From: Methanobacteriota archaeon
GTDB taxonomy: Archaea > Thermoplasmatota > E2 > DHVEG-1
Length of the DNA stretch: 64,000 nt
Reading direction: 5' to 3'
NCBI GenBank assembly: GCA_043806635.1
Contig: JAZDGT010000038.1
Coordinates: 14,641 to 78,640, forward strand
Shown: piece after piece, positions 47,215-56,108 of the stretch
How positions within the stretch are numbered: position 1 is the stretch's first letter
How the letters are laid out: each line of letters begins with the position of its first letter
Made by a program: the position numbers and the translations under genes
Notes under the pieces: model-generated
Told to the model about the DNA's origin: nothing
What the model saw: the letters and a program-made list of their open reading frames with translations, nothing else
Database searches by the model: none

Positions 47215-47454
47215 ATGAACAAAAAGATAATCATCGGAATCACCCTTGCCGTCATCATCGTGTTAGCGGGATTCAGTTCGGTAGCAAGTGCTCAAACAAT
47301 AAAATCAAATACGTTTTTTCAACAGATAAAAGATAAAATTGAAAATAAAGATTGGTATCCAGGAGAAATTATATTGAATGAGATTATGGCAGGTATTATT
47401 GTTTATCTTGCATTACTTTTTATGATGATATTTAAATTTCCATTGGTATTTTAA
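47215..47454 (+). CDS. Small secreted/membrane protein family, member 5 (79 aa)
   Basis: MNKKIIIGITLAVIIVLAGFSSVASAQTIKSNT signal. Linker IKDKIENKDWYPGE. C-terminal TM. Confidence 0.7.
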   Translation: MNKKIIIGITLAVIIVLAGFSSVASAQTIKSNTFFQQIKDKIENKDWYPGEIILNEIMAGIIVYLALLFMMIFKFPLVF

Positions 47455-47497
47455 TTAATATTATAATCTTTTTTTTCTTCGAAACTCTTCAAAATTG

Positions 47498-47543
47498 GAA
47501 CAAACCCTTAAATAAAAGGAGTAACATTTGATTACTATTGGGA
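47498..47543 (+). promoter_or_regulatory. Conserved promoter/leader copy 2 of the small-protein family
   Basis: GAACAAACCCTTAAATAAAAGGAGTAACATTTGATTACTATTGGG. Compare 44837-44880. Confidence 0.55.
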
Positions 47544-47550
47544 AGGTTTT

Positions 47551-47784
47551 ATGCGGAAGATACTTGCAGTAGGAAGTATCCTACTTGTTTCCATCCTAAT
47601 TCTTACTTCATATTCGTCTGTAGTTGAGGCAAGAAATATTCCGGATAATCGAAACCAAATAAATGATATTAGAGATTTATTAAGAAATTTAATTGATTTT
47701 TTAGAGTATCTATTTGGTATAATTCCTCTATTTATTTTTGGTTTATTATGGATTCTTTCTGGTTTTCGCGGTCCTATAGTTTGA
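47551..47784 (+). CDS. Small secreted/membrane protein family, member 6 (77 aa)
   Basis: MRKILAVGSILLVSILILTSYSSVVEARNIPDN signal, then an amphipathic linker and a C-terminal TM. Confidence 0.65.
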   Translation: MRKILAVGSILLVSILILTSYSSVVEARNIPDNRNQINDIRDLLRNLIDFLEYLFGIIPLFIFGLLWILSGFRGPIV

Positions 47785-47806
47785 TAAAAAAGAAAATGTT
47801 GGGAAT

Positions 47807-48070
47807 ATGAACAAGAAAATCCTCATCGGAAGCATCGTAGCACTTCTGCTTATCTTTCTTACGTGTACCTCTGTTGTAAATGCTCGAACGATAAAAATAA
47901 ACGATCTCAAACAACAACAGAAGATAATACCAGATAATCTCGCTGGGGGAACCATCCTACGAGCATTGTTTAACCTACTCCTTGGATTCCTCGCAGGCGT
48001 CGGGTTCATCACCACCGCTATTATCCTCTATCTCTGGTTAATTATACTCTCCGCATTACATAGTTATTGA
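47807..48070 (+). CDS. Small secreted/membrane protein family, member 7 (87 aa)
   Basis: MNKKILIGSIVALLLIFLTCTSVVNARTIKIND signal. Linker PDNLAGG. Hydrophobic tail. Confidence 0.7.
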   Translation: MNKKILIGSIVALLLIFLTCTSVVNARTIKINDLKQQQKIIPDNLAGGTILRALFNLLLGFLAGVGFITTAIILYLWLIILSALHSY

Positions 48071-48082
48071 GAAAAGAAAACC

Positions 48083-48352
48083 ATGCACAAAAAAAACGTT
48101 ACCATATCCATACTCATAACTGCAATACTACTTATCATAACAATGAACTCAGTAGTCTATGCAAAATGCATAAACAAGGATACGGTAATACACATCATCA
48201 CGACCCTACAGAATAAAAAAGATGAAGCAGGGAGCATGTTTCGATTCTTCTTCTTCCTCCTCGGTTTCATATTAGGGGTAGGATACATAGTTAAAATAAT
48301 CATGTTCATCCTCGAAATCTTTCTCCACATCCTCGATGGATATTCATACTAA
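48083..48352 (+). CDS. Small secreted/membrane protein family, member 8 (89 aa)
   Basis: MHKKNVTISILITAILLIITMNSVVYAKCINKD signal. Linker NKKDEAGS. Hydrophobic tail. Confidence 0.6.
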   Translation: MHKKNVTISILITAILLIITMNSVVYAKCINKDTVIHIITTLQNKKDEAGSMFRFFFFLLGFILGVGYIVKIIMFILEIFLHILDGYSY

Positions 48353-48366
48353 AACAAAATACGTAA

Positions 48367-51300
48367 TCAAAAAAAATCAGAAAGCTTCGTCACCTTCACC
48401 CGATCACTCATAAACAACGAATCAATAGACTTCTCAACAAGCGCGATCCGCTGACACGCATACTCCGGGAGATGATACTTCAACGCGATCTCCTTCGAAA
48501 TATTCAAATACTTTTTCACCGACATCTCATGCACCGTAAGCGTAAGCCTCCCCTCGCACTGCGAACACACCCCCTGCAGAGGAATACGACGAAACGTCAC
48601 ATTACACGTTGGACAACGAACCGACTGCTTACTAAACGCACGAAGATTCCCCAAGATATCCGGCAGGAAATGCCGCTCAATCACCTTATACGCCACATCC
48701 GCCTCATCCACCGGCCGAAGCTTCGCTGCAAGCGTCAACTGCGTATTCATCTTCTCCATCATCGTCTTCAACGTCTTATACAACGACTCCTTCGGACCCG
48801 CAGACACATCAAACGTATCATGCGTAAACCCGAACTGCTCAAACTGAAGCTCAGTCCCAATCCGAGAGGACACTAAACCCATCACCGACTCAAGGTTCTT
48901 CGGATGCTCATGCTTCAACGACGCCTCATACAACGCCAACGGATACCGAGACAACGTATCAATATTATGCGCCTCCTTATCCACCTCCGCAGGATCAAGA
49001 CGTGTCGTCAGAATCAACGGCAGATCCATACGACCACCCCGCTTATCAGGAATATATGCATGCGAAAAATTCAACAACGCATCCATAAGCAACATCTGAC
49101 CATCTTCATCTCCATCGCAATTTTTTGAGAGAAGAGCATCATTAATAAGGAAATTATGTAGATCCTCCACTTCAACATCATACACGTACCCTGAATCAAC
49201 ATACACCGGGTGAATCTCCTTCACCGCATCAAGAACATAATCACCAACCCGTCCCACACGAGGTTTCCGCTCCTTCATCAAAACGGATTCCAATGCCTGC
49301 TGTTTCCTTCGAAGAGCAAACCCTATCTGTTGCGCGAACACGCGCGCAAACGAGGAACGAATATCCAACGTAAACAATTCAAAAACTCGGGTTTGATGTT
49401 TCTTCTCATAAAAGGTTTTTGCTAATCCTCCCGCTGGCTTATGCTCCTCACGAATCCGATAAAATATCCCAAAACGAAGCAACTGAAACCCGATATCCTG
49501 AAGGAGATCACGATCAACAGAACAACACGTAACATGAAGCCGGTTTTTCTCCACTGACCCATCACCAGCAAAATACGCCCGCAACAACCCACGAATCTTA
49601 TACAACGGCAGAGCTGTGAATCGGCAAGGAACACGTTTCGTCTTCGCATTCTTCCCAACACAAAGAATCCGACTAAAGAAATCATGAATCAACCTACTAG
49701 ACATCGCTATCCCATGATCATCGACGTAGGCATGAACATGAAAAACCTCATGGATACAATCAACAATATCCGCGCGGATCTCTTTCTCCGTCACAGCAAA
49801 CCCGACCTGATAACAATTCTTAGTGGTGTACCTGGTATGACCCTCAGCAAGATAATACCCAAGCAACCGCATGAATGCCTCATTCACCGGGATGAACCGT
49901 GGTATCCTCGTATCGTCTCGCTTCACACCCAAGAAACAATCCCGCGGAATAGACTCACGATTCTGACCACACAAATCAAGGACTTGGAAAAGAATAGTGA
50001 GAGGGATACTATCACGATACAGATAATCGGAGAACGTTTTCTTATTCAACTGTAATTTCTGTGATATCGCTTGCAATCCACCTGCTTGTTTGATACATTG
50101 TTGAACCAGATCATGAACACCTCGCACAACGAGATCATCATACAGACCAGTCTGGAAAAACTCAGAGAGAAGATCGATCTCCACCACATCATTCTCAGGG
50201 ACAGCGATGTTCTGAGACACCAAGAGTTTATCGTCCTTAGTCACCTGGATTATTTTCTTTGTCACCGCAGCATCCTCTGACCAGACCACCATGCGATGCG
50301 CAGGAGATGATACAAACGATCTCCCCGACTGCAACGTCACATGGACAAGATGATGTGGTGCCCGTGTTTTCATGACAGAGGTTATCTTTTTAATCTCAGT
50401 CTTCCCTGTGAGCGGATTAAAAGCGAACGTGCGTAAGTTACTGACTTGTTTCGCGGTTGTTCCGAAATCATCAACAACTCTCTCTGATGATGATGTACGA
50501 TTATAAATTTCTTGGAGTGGTAACATAGCAGGTTTCCCTGAGTCAAGGACATGAATCCGGGTCTCCGGTGAAAGACAATTTCTTCGTTTCGCTGCATGAT
50601 AAAACGGGTGTGAGAAGCATACCTGTGCATTGGTAAAACCAATAATTCTTCCAAGAGCACCTGCGGAGGTATGCGGCGCAAGTCCAACTACGAGATGACC
50701 AGTGAGATCCTCCAGTGTTTTAATTTTATAGAACGCATCCATTTTGTAGTATTTCATGAGGAGGTCATCGATGAAGCGGCTTATTTGGACGAAATATTCG
50801 GCGCATGATTTCGCAACAATCACGTCTTGAACCCTGAGTTCGCAGATCTGATCATCATGCTCGAGCTCGTTTCCTAGATAATCGTTCGTGTACCCTAATT
50901 CTTTGATTCTTTTCAGTGATACTCCAAGCTCATGGGGTTTGAAGTGGGTGAGCGGTGCATCCGTCATGTCGAAACGGCTGGTTCCGTCTTTGAAGACGTA
51001 CACGTTGTGTTTCGCTCTGAGGAGTCCTTTCTCGAGGGGTTCTGGTGTTTTGTTTTTGGAGATGGTGCCGATGACTCCTTTGATCGTCTCTGGGAGATCC
51101 CGTTCTTTTAATGCTTGTTTCGCTCGTTGAAGCTCCTCTGTAAGATTTATGGTATGTGTTTTTATTCGTCCGTTTGACGTCAGGGTGTGTGTTCCGCAGG
51201 CGCAGGTGACTTTGTAGGTTCTTTTCCCGCATGTTGGGCAGTGTCGGTCTCCGGCTTCGATTTCGATCTCGGTTTTTTCTGCTGCTGTCCTGAAGAGTCG

Positions 51301-53265
51301 TTGGTTTCCCCCATAGTTGCCAAGGGGGAAGAGGACGTGTGGTGGTGGTCGCATTTTTCGTGCTGCTGCTTTCTCTGGTCGTCCCATCCTGGCTCCGATG
51401 CGGAATGGTGCGCGGGCGTTGATGGGTATGCCTGCGAGTTGTGAGACGAGCGTTACTGGGTTTTCCTCGTTATTCGTAGTGAGGAGTGGGTATCGTGATG
51501 TTTCAATGATTGTGTTGTCGGTGATGTCGAGGCCGCTGCAGCGGATGAGCGGGTACGCGTATCGATCTATGAGGAGGGTTTCTTCTCGTTGGGTGTGGAG
51601 TGCTCCGAGTTCGATGAGGATGTCTTTGATGTGTTGGTTGAATGGTAACGATAGTTTCGGTTGGTTTGTTTCATCGTTGGTTATGGTTCCTCGTTCTTTG
51701 ATATATTGTGCGAGGGTGACGATGTCGGTTCGTTGGAGGTCGTGCCAGAACAGGTTATAGTGGGGGTGAAGGGGTATCTGATATTTTTCTGAGAGGAGGA
51801 ACGCATCCTTCTGTGTTGGTTCTATTAGGGTGATTTCTCTCTGGAATGTGTCGTTTATGGTTTTTTGTGTTTGTTCATCTGCTTGGACGATATCGTTCAT
51901 CGTATAGGTTTTCGGGAGGCAGGATACTGCTTTTTGGAGGTCCTGTATCCACCATTCATACACGTAACTTGAATCCGGAAGGAGGGCGTTGTTCTCCATG
52001 AACTCACCGTAGGGGATGAGTATTTCTCCGAGGTCGATGATGCGTTTTACTTCGCCTTTGAGGTCTTGTATGTTGTTGATTTGGACGAGATCATTATTCT
52101 CCAGTAATACAATTGGTCCTTCGATTTGGTCGCAGGGCGTCCCGATGGTTCCTTTCCCTGGTCGTTCAATCTTCATCTGGGTTCCGACGGTGATGAAACT
52201 ATCAACGATGTACATAGTTGCGGGGTTGATCGCGGTGGATGCTAGCCCGCCGGTGCGTGCGCGTCCGTAGCGGAGTCTGAAGCCTCCTTTTTTTGAGGGG
52301 TGGCTGAGGACTGGTCTTCCTGCGATGACTTCGCCGATGTATTTGGATGAGGGTGGGATTTGGGGGATGTCGCCGATTTGTTGTTCTTGTGTGGTGCCTT
52401 TGTTGACGAAGGTTTCGAGGAACTCCCAGCCTTTCAATTTGAGTTTTTTGATGTGTTTATGGATTTTTGGTGCTTTGAGACAGAGTCCTTCAGCAATAAC
52501 AAGGCAGGCGCCGCCGCGGAGGCGGTTGGTTCCGGCACGGGGTAGGTCGCGGTACCCGGTGACTTCTTCATCCTCGGTTCCTTCTCCGTTTATGCAGATT
52601 GGGCAGTTCTTCACCACGAGTTCGATTTCATCAACCGTGGGGAGGTACTGGAGATGCTGTACTCGTTTGTAGAGGGGGATTTCTTCTTTGTATCGTTCGA
52701 TCTCACCGAACGTGGGTTGGTAGCCGCCGATGTTGAGTTCCCTGCGAACAATATCCGCGATGAGGACACTCATCGCTTGACCAGTTCCTCCCGCGCTTCG
52801 AATCGGTCCTGAGAAAAACAAATCAACGTATGATGAACCGTCTTTGTTCCTGCCGAGTTTCACATCAGCGATGCCTTCGAGTGGTGCGACAAGTACTCCC
52901 TCGGTTAAGATGGCAAGGCCGGTTCGTATGGCTTGATCCAGTGCTTGTTCCACCTTAGAAAACTGATACGTTGTTCCTTTCGCGATTTCTCGTGCGATCT
53001 CGATGGAGACGAGTTCTCGGTTCCCTAGTTTTTTTGTTGCGGCACGGATCTTCGGTGCAATATCTTTTGGTCCAACAAGTTGTTCTACACGTGCTGCGAG
53101 ATCAAGAGCCTGCGGTATCTCAACAGTGCATTCAGGGTCTAACCCTTTCTTCCTCGCTAGTTCTGCAACCGCATAACAGGCATCGATTTCTTGTTGTAAC
53201 CGGGTGAAGTACGCCTGCATCATTGGGCTCGCTGCGATAGAATTGGATATACCCCCGTCAACCAT
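48367..53265 (-). CDS. polC: DNA polymerase II (PolD) large subunit DP2, containing an intein
   Basis: Collinear with archaeal DP2. The exteins join as ...HPFYHAAKRRN + CDGDEDGQMLLMDALLNFS. Zn modules CPTCGKRTYKVTCACG and CPTCN...CSQCEG. Confidence 0.95.
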   Translation of the reverse strand: MVDGGISNSIAASPMMQAYFTRLQQEIDACYAVAELARKKGLDPECTVEIPQALDLAARVEQLVGPKDIAPKIRAATKKLGNRELVSIEIAREIAKGTTYQFSKVEQALDQAIRTGLAILTEGVLVAPLEGIADVKLGRNKDGSSYVDLFFSGPIRSAGGTGQAMSVLIADIVRRELNIGGYQPTFGEIERYKEEIPLYKRVQHLQYLPTVDEIELVVKNCPICINGEGTEDEEVTGYRDLPRAGTNRLRGGACLVIAEGLCLKAPKIHKHIKKLKLKGWEFLETFVNKGTTQEQQIGDIPQIPPSSKYIGEVIAGRPVLSHPSKKGGFRLRYGRARTGGLASTAINPATMYIVDSFITVGTQMKIERPGKGTIGTPCDQIEGPIVLLENNDLVQINNIQDLKGEVKRIIDLGEILIPYGEFMENNALLPDSSYVYEWWIQDLQKAVSCLPKTYTMNDIVQADEQTQKTINDTFQREITLIEPTQKDAFLLSEKYQIPLHPHYNLFWHDLQRTDIVTLAQYIKERGTITNDETNQPKLSLPFNQHIKDILIELGALHTQREETLLIDRYAYPLIRCSGLDITDNTIIETSRYPLLTTNNEENPVTLVSQLAGIPINARAPFRIGARMGRPEKAAARKMRPPPHVLFPLGNYGGNQRLFRTAAEKTEIEIEAGDRHCPTCGKRTYKVTCACGTHTLTSNGRIKTHTINLTEELQRAKQALKERDLPETIKGVIGTISKNKTPEPLEKGLLRAKHNVYVFKDGTSRFDMTDAPLTHFKPHELGVSLKRIKELGYTNDYLGNELEHDDQICELRVQDVIVAKSCAEYFVQISRFIDDLLMKYYKMDAFYKIKTLEDLTGHLVVGLAPHTSAGALGRIIGFTNAQVCFSHPFYHAAKRRNCLSPETRIHVLDSGKPAMLPLQEIYNRTSSSERVVDDFGTTAKQVSNLRTFAFNPLTGKTEIKKITSVMKTRAPHHLVHVTLQSGRSFVSSPAHRMVVWSEDAAVTKKIIQVTKDDKLLVSQNIAVPENDVVEIDLLSEFFQTGLYDDLVVRGVHDLVQQCIKQAGGLQAISQKLQLNKKTFSDYLYRDSIPLTILFQVLDLCGQNRESIPRDCFLGVKRDDTRIPRFIPVNEAFMRLLGYYLAEGHTRYTTKNCYQVGFAVTEKEIRADIVDCIHEVFHVHAYVDDHGIAMSSRLIHDFFSRILCVGKNAKTKRVPCRFTALPLYKIRGLLRAYFAGDGSVEKNRLHVTCCSVDRDLLQDIGFQLLRFGIFYRIREEHKPAGGLAKTFYEKKHQTRVFELFTLDIRSSFARVFAQQIGFALRRKQQALESVLMKERKPRVGRVGDYVLDAVKEIHPVYVDSGYVYDVEVEDLHNFLINDALLSKNCDGDEDGQMLLMDALLNFSHAYIPDKRGGRMDLPLILTTRLDPAEVDKEAHNIDTLSRYPLALYEASLKHEHPKNLESVMGLVSSRIGTELQFEQFGFTHDTFDVSAGPKESLYKTLKTMMEKMNTQLTLAAKLRPVDEADVAYKVIERHFLPDILGNLRAFSKQSVRCPTCNVTFRRIPLQGVCSQCEGRLTLTVHEMSVKKYLNISKEIALKYHLPEYACQRIALVEKSIDSLFMSDRVKVTKLSDFF
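49120..50577 (-). mobile_element. Intein with a LAGLIDADG homing endonuclease in PolD DP2
   Basis: Starts CLSPETRIHVLDSG (Cys1 codon 50577-50575). SSPAHR (block B). LLGYYLAEGHT and LLRAYFAGDGSV. Ends ...NDALLSKN (Asn codon 49122-49120), followed by the +1 Cys of CDGDED. 1458 nt = 486 codons. Confidence 0.9.
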
Positions 53266-53354
53266 CTGACCCCATCTCGAAAAATGAACAACGAAACGAA
53301 TAGCATCGTCTAGTTTTAAGGTTTGTGATTCACCAAAAAAAATTCTACTGTTTT

Positions 53355-55058
53355 TTAAGTGATTGGTTGGCTGAAATCCATCGTGGTCGCGTTCCCTGTT
53401 TTCAGATCAACGATGGGGAGTTTAGCAGAGTCTGGAATAAAATTCAGCATCTTCTGATACGTGGTCTGCGCCTGCCAGCTTGACGCATTAATCATCGTGA
53501 CACCGCGGTAATCAGCGAGCGCTGCGAGATGAACATGCCCAGTGACGAAGATATCGGGGACGCGATCAATAATCATGTAGTCCATATGCTCCGGGGCAAG
53601 CGGCGTATACCCGCCGTACGTGGGTGCGAGATGACGTTTCCTCAACATCAATTTCATGATCTCGAGGGGTTCATTGTATTTGAGCTGCGGGATGTTCGTC
53701 GCGAAATCCAGCAGACTTTGCCCATGATACGAGAGGACTTCCACCCCATGAACTGAGAAATAGCAGGGGTTCGCCGCGAAGACGACGTCGTTCCCGGAGA
53801 ACAACTGTTGTATTTCTTTCTCAAACGCGGGTTGCGGCTCCGCGGGTCGGACTGCGTCATGGTTCCCCGGCTGTATAAGAATAGTGATATAGTCCGGGAT
53901 GAGTTGGAACTGTTGCGCGAGTGCCTCGTATTGGCGGTAGATGTCGCGGATCGAGAGTTCCTTTTCCTGGTTCGGGTAGATGCCGATCCCGTCGACGAGA
54001 TCACCAGGGACGATCAGGTATTTTATTTTCCCTGCCACATCTTTTTGTCGCGTATTCCCCAGGTTCCCATTAATCCATTTCAGAAAACTATGCCATTGGT
54101 CCTCAAGAAACATTTTACTACCGATGTGGATGTCGGAGAGGAATGCGGCGTGGACTGGTACTTCTGCTTTCTGTTTATTATGCTGGATACTGATATCAGG
54201 GAAGACGATGTTTTGGATGATGAGCAGGTCACCGTTTTTACTGAGTTTACTAGTGACACCGATGATTTCATCGAGGACGACTTCGGAGGCGAGCTGTAAA
54301 GCATCCGGGTTGGTTTTCAACGCGATCAATGGTGCAGTACCGGTTTCATCTTCGAGTTCTATGAGGCGATGACCATGTGAGGTCGTCCGAACGTTTTTCA
54401 CGATGCCGATGAGTTGGACATCGTTTGTACCACTTTTTTTGATCCGGTTAATGGGGAGGACGTTTGCGAGTTCTCTGCGCTGGGTCTGAAGTATTTTCCG
54501 GATGACGGTGTATCGGTATTTGAAGAGTTTCGCGAAATCCTGCGTGGTTCCTTCGCAGGTGCTTTTCCCGCTGACATCTTTGATGATGCGCAGCTCAGCA
54601 TGATATTCTTTGGCGAGTGGTTTCCATCCTTTTATTTTTTTGATTTCGACGGGGTGCAGATCTGGTTCTTGTGTACCGTTGGTTTCCGAGAGTTGATCAT
54701 CTTTATCAGGATCATCGTCTTCTTCTTCGTCGTCTTCGTCTGTTTTCGGACGTAGATTTCCACTGTAGAGTTTGGTGAGGAGGATGCGTTGGATCTGTTT
54801 TTCTTCTTCGGTTTGTTGTCGTGTCTTTTCTGTTTCCTCAGAGGGTTTCTCTGATATGAGTGGTGGTGTTTCTTGGGGTTTTGTGTGTTCTTCGATGGTC
54901 AGTATATGGTCCATGGTGAGGATGAGCGGGTATTCCTTCAGGTTTTTGAGGAGGGTTTCCGCGAATTCTCTGGGTTTCTCCTTGTTTTGGATATAGGTCA
55001 CAGCATCTGGTTGAATAAAGGTGCCATGTTCTGAGAATAAATGGAGTACTGATTTCAT
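53355..55058 (-). CDS. polB: DNA polymerase II (PolD) small subunit DP1 (exonuclease)
   Basis: C-terminal calcineurin-like phosphoesterase motifs (FLSDIHIGS, VPGDLVDG, PGNHD, GHVH). OB-fold region. Acidic linker DEDDEEEDDDPDKDD. ATG 55058 (MKSVLHLF) preferred over TTG 55088. Confidence 0.9.
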   Translation of the reverse strand: MKSVLHLFSEHGTFIQPDAVTYIQNKEKPREFAETLLKNLKEYPLILTMDHILTIEEHTKPQETPPLISEKPSEETEKTRQQTEEEKQIQRILLTKLYSGNLRPKTDEDDEEEDDDPDKDDQLSETNGTQEPDLHPVEIKKIKGWKPLAKEYHAELRIIKDVSGKSTCEGTTQDFAKLFKYRYTVIRKILQTQRRELANVLPINRIKKSGTNDVQLIGIVKNVRTTSHGHRLIELEDETGTAPLIALKTNPDALQLASEVVLDEIIGVTSKLSKNGDLLIIQNIVFPDISIQHNKQKAEVPVHAAFLSDIHIGSKMFLEDQWHSFLKWINGNLGNTRQKDVAGKIKYLIVPGDLVDGIGIYPNQEKELSIRDIYRQYEALAQQFQLIPDYITILIQPGNHDAVRPAEPQPAFEKEIQQLFSGNDVVFAANPCYFSVHGVEVLSYHGQSLLDFATNIPQLKYNEPLEIMKLMLRKRHLAPTYGGYTPLAPEHMDYMIIDRVPDIFVTGHVHLAALADYRGVTMINASSWQAQTTYQKMLNFIPDSAKLPIVDLKTGNATTMDFSQPIT

Positions 55059-55343
55059 GCCCTCGAACCCACAAAAACTGCTTGCCAAGATTGAGTATAC
55101 GTGGTGATGTTTTTAGTATTATGGTTCTTGAACAAGAAAAAAATACTTACGCACGATAGGTATTATATATACTTTTCGATAAAAATCAGTTTGTGACGTA
55201 GATGAACACACCATACACACAAATCCGCCATGTACACACGCTTCACATGTCAACAAGTATCATTTTTTCCGAAAAAGATATAAAACAGGAAAAACTAACA
55301 TTAAAATAGAAAGACAAAAAAGACGAAAACATAAGGAATAACC

Positions 55344-55640
55344 ATGATCAGCATGAAAATATACAAACAAGGAAAAGACATCCTTGTCAGCGCCTGCGAC
55401 AAACACCTCCTCGGTAAAACATACAGACAAGGCAAACTCCAGATTGATGCCTCAGAAAAATTCTACGGAGGCGATGTCGTCGATGCAAAAACACTCCGTG
55501 GACACCTGATGATGGCGACGATCGCCAACCTCGTCGGAGAGGAAGCCGTAAACTGTGCGATACAGCTTGGTCTTGTCGACAAAACCTGTATATTAAAAAT
55601 CAAGGGAATCCCCCATGCGCAGATGGTGCGCATGCTATAA
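55344..55640 (+). CDS. DUF424-family protein
   Basis: MKIYKQGKDILVSACDKHLLGK...GIPHAQ pattern recalled from archaeal DUF424/COG2412 proteins. 98 aa. Confidence 0.6.
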   Translation: MISMKIYKQGKDILVSACDKHLLGKTYRQGKLQIDASEKFYGGDVVDAKTLRGHLMMATIANLVGEEAVNCAIQLGLVDKTCILKIKGIPHAQMVRML

Positions 55641-56108
55641 AGAAAGTTTTTTCCCAGTGATGTACTCGATTTTTTTTACCATGTTCTCATAATGAGTCCC
55701 CTTCCAATACGGTTTTTTACACTGGTCACAGAACCAGAACGTATCCTGTTGCTCAAAAACCCGTTCCGGAACCATGTTTCTTATCTTTTTCTTTTCAATA
55801 AGTATTAATCGTGTGTTGCACAGGGTGCATCGAGAAAACAGCTTATCTTCCTTGATTTCGAGATGAGGTAATATGAGATGGAGCTGCTCATCAAGATCAG
55901 TAGTGCTGAGTTCGATGAGGGCAATGTTCTGTTTCCGAGCACGTTGAATAAGGCGTTTATCACGGGAGATAAGGGTTCGTTGTTCATCCAGAGCAATTTG
56001 GAGGAGTTCATCATCGGTGATCTCTTTATTAGTAAAATAGGTATCATACCCGAGTACGCGTAACCAGAGCGCGAGTGTTCCAAGCATCTGATCGCATAAA
56101 AGTTTCAT
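55635..56108 (-). CDS. Mut7-C RNase domain protein (PIN-like plus zinc ribbon)
   Basis: MKLLCDQMLGTLALWLRVLGYDT opening typical of PF01927-type proteins. C-terminal C..CN...C..C ribbon. Confidence 0.7.
   Translation of the reverse strand: MKLLCDQMLGTLALWLRVLGYDTYFTNKEITDDELLQIALDEQRTLISRDKRLIQRARKQNIALIELSTTDLDEQLHLILPHLEIKEDKLFSRCTLCNTRLILIEKKKIRNMVPERVFEQQDTFWFCDQCKKPYWKGTHYENMVKKIEYITGKKLSL

Noticed and set aside
55089-55343. AT-rich 255-bp divergent intergenic region next to the PolD operon, as a candidate replication origin.
   Set aside because: I found no repeated ORB-like elements, there is no adjacent orc1/cdc6 gene, and ordinary divergent promoters explain the AT-richness. The local skew flip is only one of many in the window.
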